A DNA stretch of 59,804 nucleotides from a bacterium. Lineage in GTDB: Bacteria; DUMJ01. The stretch is from contig JBMFMV010000005.1 of NCBI GenBank assembly GCA_049970495.1, forward strand, positions 1-59,804, given 5' to 3'. Positions 38,848 to 49,576 of this stretch are shown here, in pieces. The notes beneath the pieces are model-generated. The model was not told the DNA's origin. It did not search any database and saw nothing but the letters and a program-made list of their open reading frames with translations. Numbering within the stretch: the stretch's first letter is position 1; every line of letters begins with the position of its first letter. Made by a program: the position numbers and the translations under genes.

Positions 38848-39857
38848 AATTAAACTCAATAAGATTAGAGGCTCTAAGAGAGGTCTCTAACGTAGAGAAT
38901 TTAGAGGCTTTAAGGGAGCTAGAGATTAAGTATCTGGGTAGAAAAGGTTTGATAAATCAGCTCCTAAAGGGATTAAAAGATGTTCCTCTAGAAGAAAGGC
39001 CTGAAGTAGGTAGACTTATAAATCAACTTAAGTTAGAGCTCTCTAGAGAGATAGAGACTAAGAGAATCCTTTTAGAAGAGAGGGAAAAGGTTAAGAAACT
39101 AGAAGAGGAAAGGATAGATGTTACCTTACCTGGAGTAAGACTACCTAGAGGCAGATTACACCCTCTTACCTTAATTATAGAGAGGGTAGAAGAGATATTT
39201 AAAGGACTTGGTTTTACTGTTGTAGAGGGTTTTGAGATAGAGAGTGATTATTATAACTTTGAAGCCCTTAATATACCCTGGTATCATCCAGCTAGAGATT
39301 CTCAAGATTCCTTTTATATAACTGATAAGTTACTCCTTAGAACCCAGACATCTCCAGTACAGATAAGGGTTATGGAGAAAACAAGACCTCCATTTAAGAT
39401 AATTGCACCGGGGAGGGTTTATCGACGTGACCAACCAACTGCAAGACACTCTCCTGTTTTCCATCAGATCGAAGGAATGGCGGTAGATAGAGACATAACA
39501 TTTGCTGATTTGAAGGGCACTTTGGATGCTTTTGCCCATGCCCTCTTTGGAGAGGATGTCTCTACTAGATTTAGGGCAGATTATTTCCCATTTACAGAAC
39601 CAAGTGGAGAGTTTGCTATAAGCTGTATATTCTGTAAAGGTAAGGGATGCAGTGTATGTTCTTATTCAGGATGGATTGAAATACTTGGTTGTGGTATGGT
39701 TCATCCAAAGGTTTTAGAAGTTGGTGGTATAGACCCTGAGGAGTATTCTGGTTTTGCCTTCGGTATGGGATGGGATAGACTTGCTATGCTACTATACGGT
39801 GTAAATGATATAAGGTTCTTCTTAGAGAATCACCCTGAATTCTTAGCACAGTTCTAA
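38838..39857 (+). CDS. pheS: Phenylalanine-tRNA ligase alpha subunit
   Basis: [25 protein letters not shown] and GFAFGMG motifs. Confidence 0.97.
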   Translation: MEIELNSIRLEALREVSNVENLEALRELEIKYLGRKGLINQLLKGLKDVPLEERPEVGRLINQLKLELSREIETKRILLEEREKVKKLEEERIDVTLPGVRLPRGRLHPLTLIIERVEEIFKGLGFTVVEGFEIESDYYNFEALNIPWYHPARDSQDSFYITDKLLLRTQTSPVQIRVMEKTRPPFKIIAPGRVYRRDQPTARHSPVFHQIEGMAVDRDITFADLKGTLDAFAHALFGEDVSTRFRADYFPFTEPSGEFAISCIFCKGKGCSVCSYSGWIEILGCGMVHPKVLEVGGIDPEEYSGFAFGMGWDRLAMLLYGVNDIRFFLENHPEFLAQF

Positions 39858-39866
39858 GGAGGAATT

Positions 39867-41888
39867 ATGAAGATATTATACTCTTGGCTTAAGGATTTTG
39901 TTGATATTGATGTTCCGTGTGAAGAGATAGCCAGAAGATTAACTATGGCTGGATTAGAGGTGGAAGAGCTAGAGACGGTAGGTAATGACTATCTTATGGA
40001 TATAAGTATCCCCGCAAATAGGGGGGATTGCCATAGTATTTTAGGGATTGCTAGAGAAGTCTCAGCTCTATTTGATGTTCCATTAAAGTTGCCAATAAGA
40101 CCAGAGTTTAAAGAGATAGAAGAAGGATTAGGTGTAGAGGTCCTTTCGCCCGAATTGTGTCCAAGATATACGTTGAGGTTTATCAAGGGCGTAAAGGTTG
40201 GTCCATCCCCAGGGTGGCTTAAAAATAGACTAGAGGCAGTTGGAATAAGGAGCATAAATAATGTAGTAGATGTGACAAATTATGTAATGTGGATGCTTGG
40301 TCAACCTTTACATGCCTTTGATGCGGATAAAATCTCAAGTAGAATCATAGTTAGGAGGGCTTATAATGGAGAAGAGATTGTAACTCTAGATGGAGAGACT
40401 CGTAGACTTACCACTAATGATCTAGTTATTGCCGATGAAAGACATCCTATAGCAATAGCTGGAGTTATGGGGGGAGAGGAATCGGAGGTCTCTTTCTTTA
40501 CCAAGAATATAGCTCTTGAATCTGCTTGTTTTGACCATATCTCAGTTAGAGGGACTTCAAAGTCTCTCGGACTTAGAACAGAAGCCTCTATAAGATTTGA
40601 AAAAGGGGTAGATATTGGTATTACCAAGTATGCGTCTGATATAGCAGTAGAAATGATATTAAAGTTGTGTGGAGGCGAGGTGGGTAGAATAAGCGAATTT
40701 TATCCTGTAAGATATGAACCTGTTGCCATCAGGTTCAGACCTGAAAGGTTCAACAAAAGGATGGGTCTTAAATTGTCGCTCGAAGAGATGGAATCTGTAT
40801 TTGTTAGGTTAGGATTTAAAGTTGATAAAAATGCTGATACCTGGCACGTTACCCCTATATCCTCCAGAAGAGATATATCTTTGGAAGAGGACCTTTATGA
40901 AGAGATAGTAAGGATAATTGGATATGACAAGATTCCATCTACTCTTCATGAAAGGATAACAGGGGTAGTCTCTCTTCCACCTGAATGGGAAAGACGAAAG
41001 ATAATAAGAAGAAGGTTAAATTCTCTTGGTTTTAGTGAGGTTATTACTTCTAGTTTTATACCTGTTCAATTTAACAGTTATTTTGGAGAGTTTTATCAAG
41101 ATCCAGTAGAAAGTGTAAAGGTTATAAATCCCCTTAGAGAAGAAGAATCTGTACTAAGGATGTTACTCTCGCAAGCTCTCCTTACACTATCTATAAATAA
41201 TACAAGGTGGGGCTATGATGATTTTAGCCTTTTTGAGATAGGTAAGGTGTTTTTTAAAAGAGGAGAAGACTATATAGAAAAGGAGCACCTGGGTATAGTT
41301 CAGACAGGTAGATTTATCTATTCTTGGGATAAAGAAATAGGTGCTGACTTCTTCCTAGTTAAAGGAGTGTTAGAATCTTTGTTTAATAATAATAACTTAT
41401 CTTTTATCCCTGCTTATTACTCAGCACTTCATCCAGGAAGAGCTGCCAATATATTCTACAAAGGAGAGATGGTTGGATTTATAGGAGAATTACATCCAGA
41501 TATGGCTAAGGCTTTGAAGCTTCCTAGAATATATCTAGCCGAGATAGATATAGAGAAATTTCCTCTTGAATTCTTTAAGACAGGTCTAGTAAGGGAGCCT
41601 AATAGACTTCCACGGCTAAAGAGGGATGTAGCGGTAGTAGTTCCGGAAAAAGTCCACTCTACAAAAGTGATAGGGATTATCAGAGAAGTTTTTGGCGATA
41701 TACTAGAGAGATACGAACTCTTTGACCTATATAAAGGGCCCAATATCCCAGAGGGTATGGTGAACCTTGGTTTTTCTCTAGATCTTAGAGCTAAGGACAG
41801 GACTTTGACTCAGGAAGAAGTTGAGGAAAGGGTGAAGTACCTAAAGGATAGATTAGCCGATATAGGTGGGAGGTTGCGTGAATGGTAG
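39867..41888 (+). CDS. pheT: Phenylalanine-tRNA ligase beta subunit, short form
   Basis: NRGDC.S..GIARE, INNVVD.TNYVM...GQPLHAFD, RFEKGVD, C-terminal FDX-ACB domain; B2 domain absent. Confidence 0.95.
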   Translation: MKILYSWLKDFVDIDVPCEEIARRLTMAGLEVEELETVGNDYLMDISIPANRGDCHSILGIAREVSALFDVPLKLPIRPEFKEIEEGLGVEVLSPELCPRYTLRFIKGVKVGPSPGWLKNRLEAVGIRSINNVVDVTNYVMWMLGQPLHAFDADKISSRIIVRRAYNGEEIVTLDGETRRLTTNDLVIADERHPIAIAGVMGGEESEVSFFTKNIALESACFDHISVRGTSKSLGLRTEASIRFEKGVDIGITKYASDIAVEMILKLCGGEVGRISEFYPVRYEPVAIRFRPERFNKRMGLKLSLEEMESVFVRLGFKVDKNADTWHVTPISSRRDISLEEDLYEEIVRIIGYDKIPSTLHERITGVVSLPPEWERRKIIRRRLNSLGFSEVITSSFIPVQFNSYFGEFYQDPVESVKVINPLREEESVLRMLLSQALLTLSINNTRWGYDDFSLFEIGKVFFKRGEDYIEKEHLGIVQTGRFIYSWDKEIGADFFLVKGVLESLFNNNNLSFIPAYYSALHPGRAANIFYKGEMVGFIGELHPDMAKALKLPRIYLAEIDIEKFPLEFFKTGLVREPNRLPRLKRDVAVVVPEKVHSTKVIGIIREVFGDILERYELFDLYKGPNIPEGMVNLGFSLDLRAKDRTLTQEEVEERVKYLKDRLADIGGRLREW

Positions 41889-42363
41889 TAATATAAGCCT
41901 TGATATAGTAAGTATAATCCTTATTATTCTAGGATTGTTCTGGGGATTAAGGAGAGGCTTTATACGTTCTTTCTTTTTTCTTATTGGAATTTTAATAGCT
42001 ATCTATTTTGGAAATCTAGGGACTAAATTCTTTACAAAGGACATTGTAGATAGATTTAACATCTCTAAAGATATTGCTGCTTTTATAGTCTTTATGATTG
42101 TATTTTTTGTATCTCTTACTTTAATAAATGGTATTGGCTTCCTTATTAGAAGACCAAAGAAGGGTTTTGGTAAATTTTTAGACAGACTTGGTGGTTGCGT
42201 CTTGGGAATAGTGTGGGGGCTGGGTATATGTGGTTTTTTGGGCATTATCCTTTCTAGGTTTGAATATACAAGAGGTTGGCTATCTAGTACAATAATACTT
42301 GGAATAATGGAATCTTGGGTAAGAAGAATAATAGAGAGGATTCTCTCCTATGGAATTAGGTGA
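41878..42363 (+). CDS. cvpA: CvpA (colicin V production) family membrane protein
   Basis: D.........G..RGF, LDRLGG..LG, 4 TM; typical pheT-cvpA-polX context. Confidence 0.85.
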   Translation: MNGSNISLDIVSIILIILGLFWGLRRGFIRSFFFLIGILIAIYFGNLGTKFFTKDIVDRFNISKDIAAFIVFMIVFFVSLTLINGIGFLIRRPKKGFGKFLDRLGGCVLGIVWGLGICGFLGIILSRFEYTRGWLSSTIILGIMESWVRRIIERILSYGIR

Positions 42364-43966
42364 TATAAACGAAAGGATATCAGAGATATTGTCTGCTATA
42401 GCAGACTTCTTAGAGATGAAAGGAGAAAACGTTTATCGTGTTATGGCATTTAGAAAGGCAGCAAGAACTATTTCTGGTTTATCTAAAAGGATAGAGAGTA
42501 AAGATGATGTGATCTCTCTACCTGGCATAGGTAAGGTAATTGGAGATATGGTAGAAGAGATATTAAAAAGCGGGACCTCTTCACTTTATGAAGAGCTTAC
42601 TCGTGAGATTCCAGAAGGGGTGAGAGAGTTCCAGCAGATACAGGGTATAGGACCAAAGACTGCCTTTAGTATCTATAAAGTAACTGGGGCCTCTTCATTA
42701 GAAGAGTTATATGAGTTAGTCTCAAGTGATAGATTAAAAGAATTTAATGAACTCAAGAGTAAGACCTTAGAAAAGATTTATTCTGGTATAGAGAAGGCGT
42801 TAGAAAAAAAGAGGATGCTAAGATTAGATCAAGGTTTTGCAGTTTATCTAGCAGTAAGGGATATACTTAAGTCAAATTCCTATGTAAGAGACGTAGTATT
42901 GGTTGGAGGTTTAAGGAGAGGAAAAGAGATAAATAGTGATGTAGATATACTAGTAGCAACGGATAATATAGAAAAGGTTACACCTATTTTGGAGACTAGG
43001 CTAGATACCTATAAGATAGATATAAAGCTTACCACCCCAGACATGTTTTTCTACAATATGTTCCTATATACTGGTAGTGATTCTCATACAAGTAAAATCC
43101 TGAAACTTTTAGGGGAAAATAGGTTCTTTGAGTCGGAAGAAGAGATATACGAAACTCTTGGCTTACAATATATACCCCCTGAGATCCGAGAAGACCTAGG
43201 GGAGATAGAGTTGGCAAAAGAGCATAAATTACCGTCATTAATCTCTCAGACTGATATAAAGGGAGATCTCCATATACATTCCCTTTGGAGCGATGGAACT
43301 GCAAATATCTTGGATATGGCATCTTCTTGTATAAGGCGTGGATATAGATATATGGCTATAACTGATCATTCTGGTTCATTGAAGGTAGCTGGAGGTTTAA
43401 GCCCACAAGAGATAAGAGAACAGCATAAAGAATTGGAGTTAATAAAAGAAAAATTGGATGGTTTTACTATACTTAAAGGGATAGAGGTTGATATCCTTCC
43501 TGATGGAAGCTTAGATATGCCTGAGGAGATACTTAAAGAGCTAGATATTGTTATAGCATCTGTTCATACTAATTTTAGGATGGAAGAGAAAGAGATGACC
43601 GATAGAATAATAAAGGCTATATCGAATCCTTATGTAAATATACTGGCTCATCCTACTGGGAGGATTCTACTTGAGAGAGACCCGTATAAGGTGGATATGG
43701 ATAAGGTATTAAAAGTTGCAGGAGAAAGAGGGGTCATTATGGAGATAAACTCTTCTCCTGAAAGGTTAGACCTTAATGAAACTCTTATAAGAGAAGGAAA
43801 AAGGTATGGTGTTAGATTTGCAATCAATACAGATGCACACAGTCCTGCCCATTTAGATAACATTATATACGGAGTTATTACTGCTAGGAGGGGTTGGTTA
43901 GAGGTTAAAGATGTAGTAAATACATACAATATAGAGGACCTTGTAGAGGTGTTAAGGAGGGATTAG
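42350..43966 (+). CDS. polX: DNA polymerase X family protein with PHP domain
   Basis: HhH (GIG, GIGPK), LRRGKE...DVDIL, YTGS and IPPEIRE; PHP motifs DLHIHS..SDG, TDHS, HPTGR and TDAH. Confidence 0.92.
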   Translation: MELGDINERISEILSAIADFLEMKGENVYRVMAFRKAARTISGLSKRIESKDDVISLPGIGKVIGDMVEEILKSGTSSLYEELTREIPEGVREFQQIQGIGPKTAFSIYKVTGASSLEELYELVSSDRLKEFNELKSKTLEKIYSGIEKALEKKRMLRLDQGFAVYLAVRDILKSNSYVRDVVLVGGLRRGKEINSDVDILVATDNIEKVTPILETRLDTYKIDIKLTTPDMFFYNMFLYTGSDSHTSKILKLLGENRFFESEEEIYETLGLQYIPPEIREDLGEIELAKEHKLPSLISQTDIKGDLHIHSLWSDGTANILDMASSCIRRGYRYMAITDHSGSLKVAGGLSPQEIREQHKELELIKEKLDGFTILKGIEVDILPDGSLDMPEEILKELDIVIASVHTNFRMEEKEMTDRIIKAISNPYVNILAHPTGRILLERDPYKVDMDKVLKVAGERGVIMEINSSPERLDLNETLIREGKRYGVRFAINTDAHSPAHLDNIIYGVITARRGWLEVKDVVNTYNIEDLVEVLRRD

Positions 43967-43968
43967 AG

Positions 43969-44799
43969 TTGAAATATAGTATAGAAAAACTGCCTGAAAT
44001 TGCTCGAAGGGTAAGGTATAATACATTATATATGATTACTAAGGCTGGCTCAGGACATCCAGGTGGATCCTTGAGTGCAGTTGATATTATGGTCACCCTA
44101 TATTTCAACATCATGCGCTATAAATTAGAAGACCCCTACTGGGAAGATAGAGACAGATTTATACTATCAAAGGGACATGCATGTCCAGCCTTGTATGCTA
44201 TCTTTTATGAGCTAGGAATAGTAAAAAAGGAAGAATTAGATACTCTTAGAAAGCCTGGTAGTAGACTTCAGGGACATCCTGATATAAAGAAACTCCCTTG
44301 GGCTGAATTCTCTTCTGGTTCTTTAGGACAAGGATTGTCTTTTGCTGTTGGTGTTGCTCTTGCTGGAAAAATAGATAAAAGAGACTACTATACTTATGTC
44401 TTAATTGGGGATGGTGAAAGCCAAGAAGGTCAAGTATGGGAAGCTGCTATGTCTGCTAGAAAGTTTAAATTAGATCATCTAATAGGAATAACTGATAGGA
44501 ATGGACTTCAGATAGACGGAGATACAGAAAGTATTATGCCTCTTGATCCACTGGTAGATAAGTGGAGAGCCTTTGGTTGGAATGTGATAGAGATAGATGG
44601 GCATAACTATTCTCAAATATTATTAGCAGTGGAAAAAGCTAAAGAAAATAAAGATTCTCCCACCATGATAATAGCGCATACTATAAAAGGTAAGGGTGTA
44701 TCCTTTATGGAGAATGTAGTAGACTTCCATGGAAAAGCTCCCTCTTTGAAAGAATGGGAATCTGCAATGGTTGAATTAGGGGGTGAGTCTATTGGATAA
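43969..44799 (+). CDS. Transketolase, N-terminal subunit
   Basis: GHPGGSLS, DRFILSKGH, GSLGQG and GDGE TPP motif. Confidence 0.95.
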   Translation: MKYSIEKLPEIARRVRYNTLYMITKAGSGHPGGSLSAVDIMVTLYFNIMRYKLEDPYWEDRDRFILSKGHACPALYAIFYELGIVKKEELDTLRKPGSRLQGHPDIKKLPWAEFSSGSLGQGLSFAVGVALAGKIDKRDYYTYVLIGDGESQEGQVWEAAMSARKFKLDHLIGITDRNGLQIDGDTESIMPLDPLVDKWRAFGWNVIEIDGHNYSQILLAVEKAKENKDSPTMIIAHTIKGKGVSFMENVVDFHGKAPSLKEWESAMVELGGESIG

Positions 44800-45730
44800 A
44801 CTAGCGATGAGAGATGTATACGGAGAGACTCTGCTAGAGCTAGGTAAACTTTATCCTAATTTAGTTGTTCTGGATGCAGATGTATCAAAATCTACTAAAA
44901 CCATTAACTTTGCAAAGGTATTTCCAGATAGATTCTTTGATGTTGGAATTGCAGAGGCGAATCTTATGGGTATCGCTGCCGGTGTAGCATCTACAGGTAA
45001 GATTGTTTTTGCCAGTACATTTGCAGTATTTGCATCAGGAAGGGCATATGATCAAGTTAGGCAATCTATAGCCTACCCTAATAGAAATGTCAAGATAGTA
45101 GCGACTCATTCTGGGGTTACTGCAGGAGAAGATGGCGCTATGCATCAGGCATTCGAAGATATAGCCCTTATGAGAAGCATTCCAAATATGAGAGTTATAG
45201 TGCCTTCTGATGGGGTAGAGACTAAGGAAGTGGTTAAGAAGGTAGCAGAGCTCCCTGGACCTTTCTATGTAAGACTTGCTAGACCTGCTACCCCTGTTAT
45301 ATTTGATGAATCTTACAAGTTTGAGCTTGGTAAAGGTAGAGTGCTTAGAGAAGGTAGACATGGGGTAGTTATAGCATGCGGCATTATGACTTATATTGCA
45401 TTAGAGTCAGCAGAGCTTCTTCTAAAAGACGGAATAGATATAGGGGTAGTGAGTATGTCTAGTATAAAGCCTATAGATGTCGATTTGATATCAGAATTAT
45501 CTCAGAGGTATGAATATGTATTCTCCTGTGAGGACCACAATATTATTGGTGGCTTAGGGAGTGCTATAGCAGAAGTCTTACCCCCTACTAAAGCTAAGCT
45601 AATAAGGATAGGCATTAATGATGAGTTTGGTGATTCTGGCAAATTTGAAGAGTTATTAAGATTTTATAGACTTGACTCTATTTCTGTAGCCGAAAAGATA
45701 AGAAAAGTGATGTTAGATGATAGAGTTTAG
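44783..45730 (+). CDS. Transketolase, C-terminal subunit
   Basis: GIAEA, RAYDQ, GEDG..HQ..ED and EDH...GGLGS motifs. Confidence 0.95.
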   Translation: MSLLDKLAMRDVYGETLLELGKLYPNLVVLDADVSKSTKTINFAKVFPDRFFDVGIAEANLMGIAAGVASTGKIVFASTFAVFASGRAYDQVRQSIAYPNRNVKIVATHSGVTAGEDGAMHQAFEDIALMRSIPNMRVIVPSDGVETKEVVKKVAELPGPFYVRLARPATPVIFDESYKFELGKGRVLREGRHGVVIACGIMTYIALESAELLLKDGIDIGVVSMSSIKPIDVDLISELSQRYEYVFSCEDHNIIGGLGSAIAEVLPPTKAKLIRIGINDEFGDSGKFEELLRFYRLDSISVAEKIRKVMLDDRV

Positions 45731-46394
45731 GAATGTAACTAAATATTATGATAATGGAGTCCTGGCTCTTGAGGATGTCTCCTTAAGAATAGAAAAAGGA
45801 GAGTTCGTCTTTATAGTAGGACCTACAGGGATGGGGAAGTCTACCCTGTTAAAACTTATATATAGAGAAGAGCTACCGACAAAAGGCGAAGTCATAGTAG
45901 GAGGAGTTAATGTTGCAAAATTGAAGCCTCATCAGGTAGCTCTCCTAAGAAGAAGGCTGGGAGTCGTTTTTCAAGACTTTAAACTTCTCCCTAATAAGAC
46001 TGTCTATGAGAATGTTGCCTTTGCTCTTGAAGTAATGGGATACTCTAGTAGAGAGATAAGAGCTAGGGTTGGAAAGGTTTTAGATATTGTAGGACTTCTC
46101 CATAAGAGTAATTGTTATCCAAGCGAACTCTCTGGAGGAGAACAGCAGAGGACTTCTATTGCAAGGGCTTTGGTCAATAATCCGGCAATACTTATAGCTG
46201 ATGAGCCTACAGGTAATTTAGATATGGCTACTTCTTGGGAGATTATGGACTTTTTTAAAAGGATAAATGCTAGAGGAACCACCATAGTGATGGCTACACA
46301 TAACAAAGAGATAGTAAATACTATGAGACAAAGAGTTATAAGTCTTTATAAGGGAAGGATAGTTAAGGATGAGTATAAAGGGAGCTATGAATGA
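45717..46394 (+). CDS. ftsE: Cell division ATP-binding protein FtsE
   Basis: GKSTLLKLIY, VFQDFKLL, LSGGEQQR and DEPTGNLD; upstream of ftsX. Confidence 0.95.
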   Translation: MIEFRNVTKYYDNGVLALEDVSLRIEKGEFVFIVGPTGMGKSTLLKLIYREELPTKGEVIVGGVNVAKLKPHQVALLRRRLGVVFQDFKLLPNKTVYENVAFALEVMGYSSREIRARVGKVLDIVGLLHKSNCYPSELSGGEQQRTSIARALVNNPAILIADEPTGNLDMATSWEIMDFFKRINARGTTIVMATHNKEIVNTMRQRVISLYKGRIVKDEYKGSYE

Positions 46395-47272
46395 GAGTAT
46401 ACTCTATAGCGTTTATTGTTAGAGAGGCGTGGAAGGGACTTACTAGGGCTAGGATTTCTACCTTTGCTGCTATAGGAATTATAGCCTTTATGCTCGTACT
46501 CTTAGGTGTAGTAAGTTATACATTTGGTATTGTCCGTAGCGTATTTACTGGGATGAGTAGTCAGCTAGAGATAGTCTTATACCTTAAGGATAACTTGAGA
46601 CCGGAAGATAGAGAGATGTTAAGGAATAGAATAGTTAGTATGGAAGGAGTAAAAGAAGTAGTTTATGTCCCTAAGGATGTAGCTTGGAAAAGATTTAAAG
46701 ATACCCTTAGAGGTAATAAGTTTGTTCTAGAGATGTTAGGGAAAAATCCTCTCCCTGATTCTTTCGAGATTAAGGTTGATAGCCCGGAGTACATAGAGAC
46801 TTTAGCTAAGGCAGTGGCGAGTTTACCTGGAGTCAAAGACATCGATGTCCCTTTAGAGATAACTAGAATGGTGAATAAACTTATAACTTGGGTAGAATTT
46901 GGAGGCGGTATAGTAGTTTTAGTATTTATTGTTGTATCTCTTTTTGTGATATCAAATGTTATAAGATTGAGTTTTGTTTCAAGGATAAGAGAGTTAGAAA
47001 TCATGCAACTAGTGGGTGCTAGTAGATTTTTTATAAAAGGCCCATTTATCTTTGAGGGGATATTATGTGGTTTCTTTGGAGGTATTTTAGGATCAGTATT
47101 ATTTAATGTGCTAGTCTTTTTATTTAATAAATATGTCCTATCTAGTTTCCCTTTGTTTACAGGATTTATAACATATAATACTATAAAACTTACTCTTTCT
47201 CTTATAACTTTTGGTATGATAGTGGGAGGGATAGGAAGTGTTATCTTCTTGGAGAGACATCTTAAAAGATAA
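46391..47272 (+). CDS. ftsX: Cell division permease FtsX
   Basis: NPLPDS, ISN.IRL, EIMQLVGA and PF..EG motifs. Confidence 0.93.
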   Translation: MRVYSIAFIVREAWKGLTRARISTFAAIGIIAFMLVLLGVVSYTFGIVRSVFTGMSSQLEIVLYLKDNLRPEDREMLRNRIVSMEGVKEVVYVPKDVAWKRFKDTLRGNKFVLEMLGKNPLPDSFEIKVDSPEYIETLAKAVASLPGVKDIDVPLEITRMVNKLITWVEFGGGIVVLVFIVVSLFVISNVIRLSFVSRIRELEIMQLVGASRFFIKGPFIFEGILCGFFGGILGSVLFNVLVFLFNKYVLSSFPLFTGFITYNTIKLTLSLITFGMIVGGIGSVIFLERHLKR

Positions 47273-47273
47273 G

Positions 47274-48389
47274 ATGAAATATTTTCTTGTACTCCTGCTT
47301 GTTTTATCTATTTTAGAGGGTGCTTTCGGTAAGGATACAATTACACAGAAACAGGAAGAGCTAAAAGATATAAAACAGAAACTAAATATGCAGAAAAGTC
47401 TTGTAGAACAGACGAGGAGCAAAGAACGAAATCTTGTTAGAGAGATAAATACTATAGACCAAGAGATAGAGATAACATCTAAAAGGATAGAAGAATTGGA
47501 AAGACACTTAAATCAAGTCCTTGTGTTTAAAAAGGAGGCAGAGAGAAGATTAAATATTGCACAGAGTAATTTAAGGTCCTCTAGGAATAGATTAGGAGAA
47601 AAATTGTTCCTCATATACAGATATGGAAATGCAGAGTATCTAGAGTTGTTGCTAGGTGCTAGAGATCCCTATGACTTTCTTACACGCTGTAGATTCTTGA
47701 ACCAGTTAGCCAAAGAAGATGCCTTACTTATAAAGTCTATTCAAGACGAGATGGCTAATGTAGATAGGTGGAGAAAAGAATTAAATGATAAAGAAAAGGA
47801 TATTAAGGCTACTAGGGAGGAATTACTTTCTAAACAGAAGTTTTTAGCAGAGAAAAAAGAGGAGAGAAATAGGCTCTTAGCCCAGACGGTAAGTGAGAGA
47901 GTTTCTTATGAGAGGGCTTTAAAAGAGCTAGAAGAAAGTTCTAGGGTGTTAGAAGCTTTAATTAGGCGATTACAGCAAACTACTCAAGGTCCAGGACTTG
48001 TTGGTAACTTATACTGGCCAACTGCTTGTAGATTAATAACTTCTCCGTTTGGCTATCGCATACATCCTATATGGGGAATAAGGATGTTTCATTCTGGGAT
48101 AGATATTGCTGGAAGTTATGGGGACCCTATATATGCTGTGAATGATGGTAGAGTAATATATTCTGGTTGGCAGAGTGGTTATGGAAAAGTTATTATTATT
48201 GATCATGGTAATGGGATGTCAACATTATATGCCCATTGTTCTCAATTATTAGTGAATGAAGGCGATCAGGTAAAAAGAGGACAGATAATAGGTAGAATAG
48301 GCTCTACAGGCTGGTCTACAGGAAACCATCTCCACTTTGAAATAAGAAGAGATGGGACCCCTGTAAATCCTCTCTCTGTGATAAAATAG
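47274..48389 (+). CDS. EnvC-like coiled-coil M23 peptidase / murein hydrolase activator
   Basis: Signal peptide, coiled coil, intact HSGID and HLH M23 motifs. Confidence 0.9.
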   Translation: MKYFLVLLLVLSILEGAFGKDTITQKQEELKDIKQKLNMQKSLVEQTRSKERNLVREINTIDQEIEITSKRIEELERHLNQVLVFKKEAERRLNIAQSNLRSSRNRLGEKLFLIYRYGNAEYLELLLGARDPYDFLTRCRFLNQLAKEDALLIKSIQDEMANVDRWRKELNDKEKDIKATREELLSKQKFLAEKKEERNRLLAQTVSERVSYERALKELEESSRVLEALIRRLQQTTQGPGLVGNLYWPTACRLITSPFGYRIHPIWGIRMFHSGIDIAGSYGDPIYAVNDGRVIYSGWQSGYGKVIIIDHGNGMSTLYAHCSQLLVNEGDQVKRGQIIGRIGSTGWSTGNHLHFEIRRDGTPVNPLSVIK

Positions 48390-48424
48390 AATTGATAATA
48401 AAATGATGATTGGAGGATTGATTT

Positions 48425-49576
48425 ATGAGGCGTAACTTTGTAATTTACAGTTTAGTGGCCTTGATAACAGTAGTTATATCATTCTTACTAGGAATAAACT
48501 ATGGAGGATATATCTCTGCCCAAAATAATGTAGATAGAAATCTGCAGATTTTGACTCAGGCGTATTACCTTATTACAAATAACTATGTAGAAAAGGTTGA
48601 CGGAAAGAACCTCTCTTATAAAGGGATAGAGGGTATGATATCAAGTCTGAACGACCCTTATTCATATTTTATGAAGCCTGAAGATTATAAGACTATGGGA
48701 GAAGAATTTCAAGGTAGCTTTGAGGGTATTGGAATAGAGATAGGAATGAACGATAAAAAACAGATAGTAGTTATATCCCCTATAGACGATACACCAGCAC
48801 AAAAGGCGGGATTAAAGACAGGAGACATAATACTTAAAGTAGATGATAAATCTACAGAAGGGATGAACCTAGATCAGGTAAGTAGGCTTATTCGTGGTCC
48901 TGCTGGAACAAAGGTTAAGCTTACTATCCAGAGGGAGGGAGAACAAAAACCTATAGAGATTACTATTACTAGAGCAGTTATTAGGCTTTTAACAGTATCT
49001 AGTAAGTTGTTAGAGGATAATATTGGCTATATAAAGATAAAGGCTTTTAGAGAGCCAACCTCTGATGAGCTTGATAATGCTTTAAATCAGATATTGCCAA
49101 AGGCAAAAAGAGGAATCATCCTTGATTTAAGAAACAATCCTGGTGGCCTACTTAGTTCTGCTATACAGGTAGCTAGTTACTTTATTCAGAAAGGTCCTAT
49201 ATTATATGCTGAAGATAGGAATGGGAACAGGGATCAGTTTGATGCCATTTCAAGTCTTTATAGGGTAAAAGTTCCTGTAGTTGTACTGGTAAATGAAGGT
49301 AGTGCCAGTGCTTCAGAGATTGTTGCTGGAGCTTTACAGGATTATAAGAGGGCGACTTTAGTTGGTACAAAAACTTTTGGTAAGGGACTTGTGCAGAGTG
49401 TAATTCAGTTAGCCGATGGTTCTGCCATAAGTCTAACTGTACAGAAATGGCTTACTCCTAAGTTGCGTTATATTCATAAGGAGGGTATAAAGCCTGATAT
49501 TCAGGTTGATTGGGATCAGAAGGGAACAGATATCCAATTAGAAAGGGCTAAAGAAGTTTTACTTGGGAAAAAGTAG
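48425..49576 (+). CDS. ctpA: S41 carboxy-terminal processing protease
   Basis: DPYS, GIG PDZ, DLRNNPGG, SASASE and TFGKG motifs. Confidence 0.93.
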   Translation: MRRNFVIYSLVALITVVISFLLGINYGGYISAQNNVDRNLQILTQAYYLITNNYVEKVDGKNLSYKGIEGMISSLNDPYSYFMKPEDYKTMGEEFQGSFEGIGIEIGMNDKKQIVVISPIDDTPAQKAGLKTGDIILKVDDKSTEGMNLDQVSRLIRGPAGTKVKLTIQREGEQKPIEITITRAVIRLLTVSSKLLEDNIGYIKIKAFREPTSDELDNALNQILPKAKRGIILDLRNNPGGLLSSAIQVASYFIQKGPILYAEDRNGNRDQFDAISSLYRVKVPVVVLVNEGSASASEIVAGALQDYKRATLVGTKTFGKGLVQSVIQLADGSAISLTVQKWLTPKLRYIHKEGIKPDIQVDWDQKGTDIQLERAKEVLLGKK

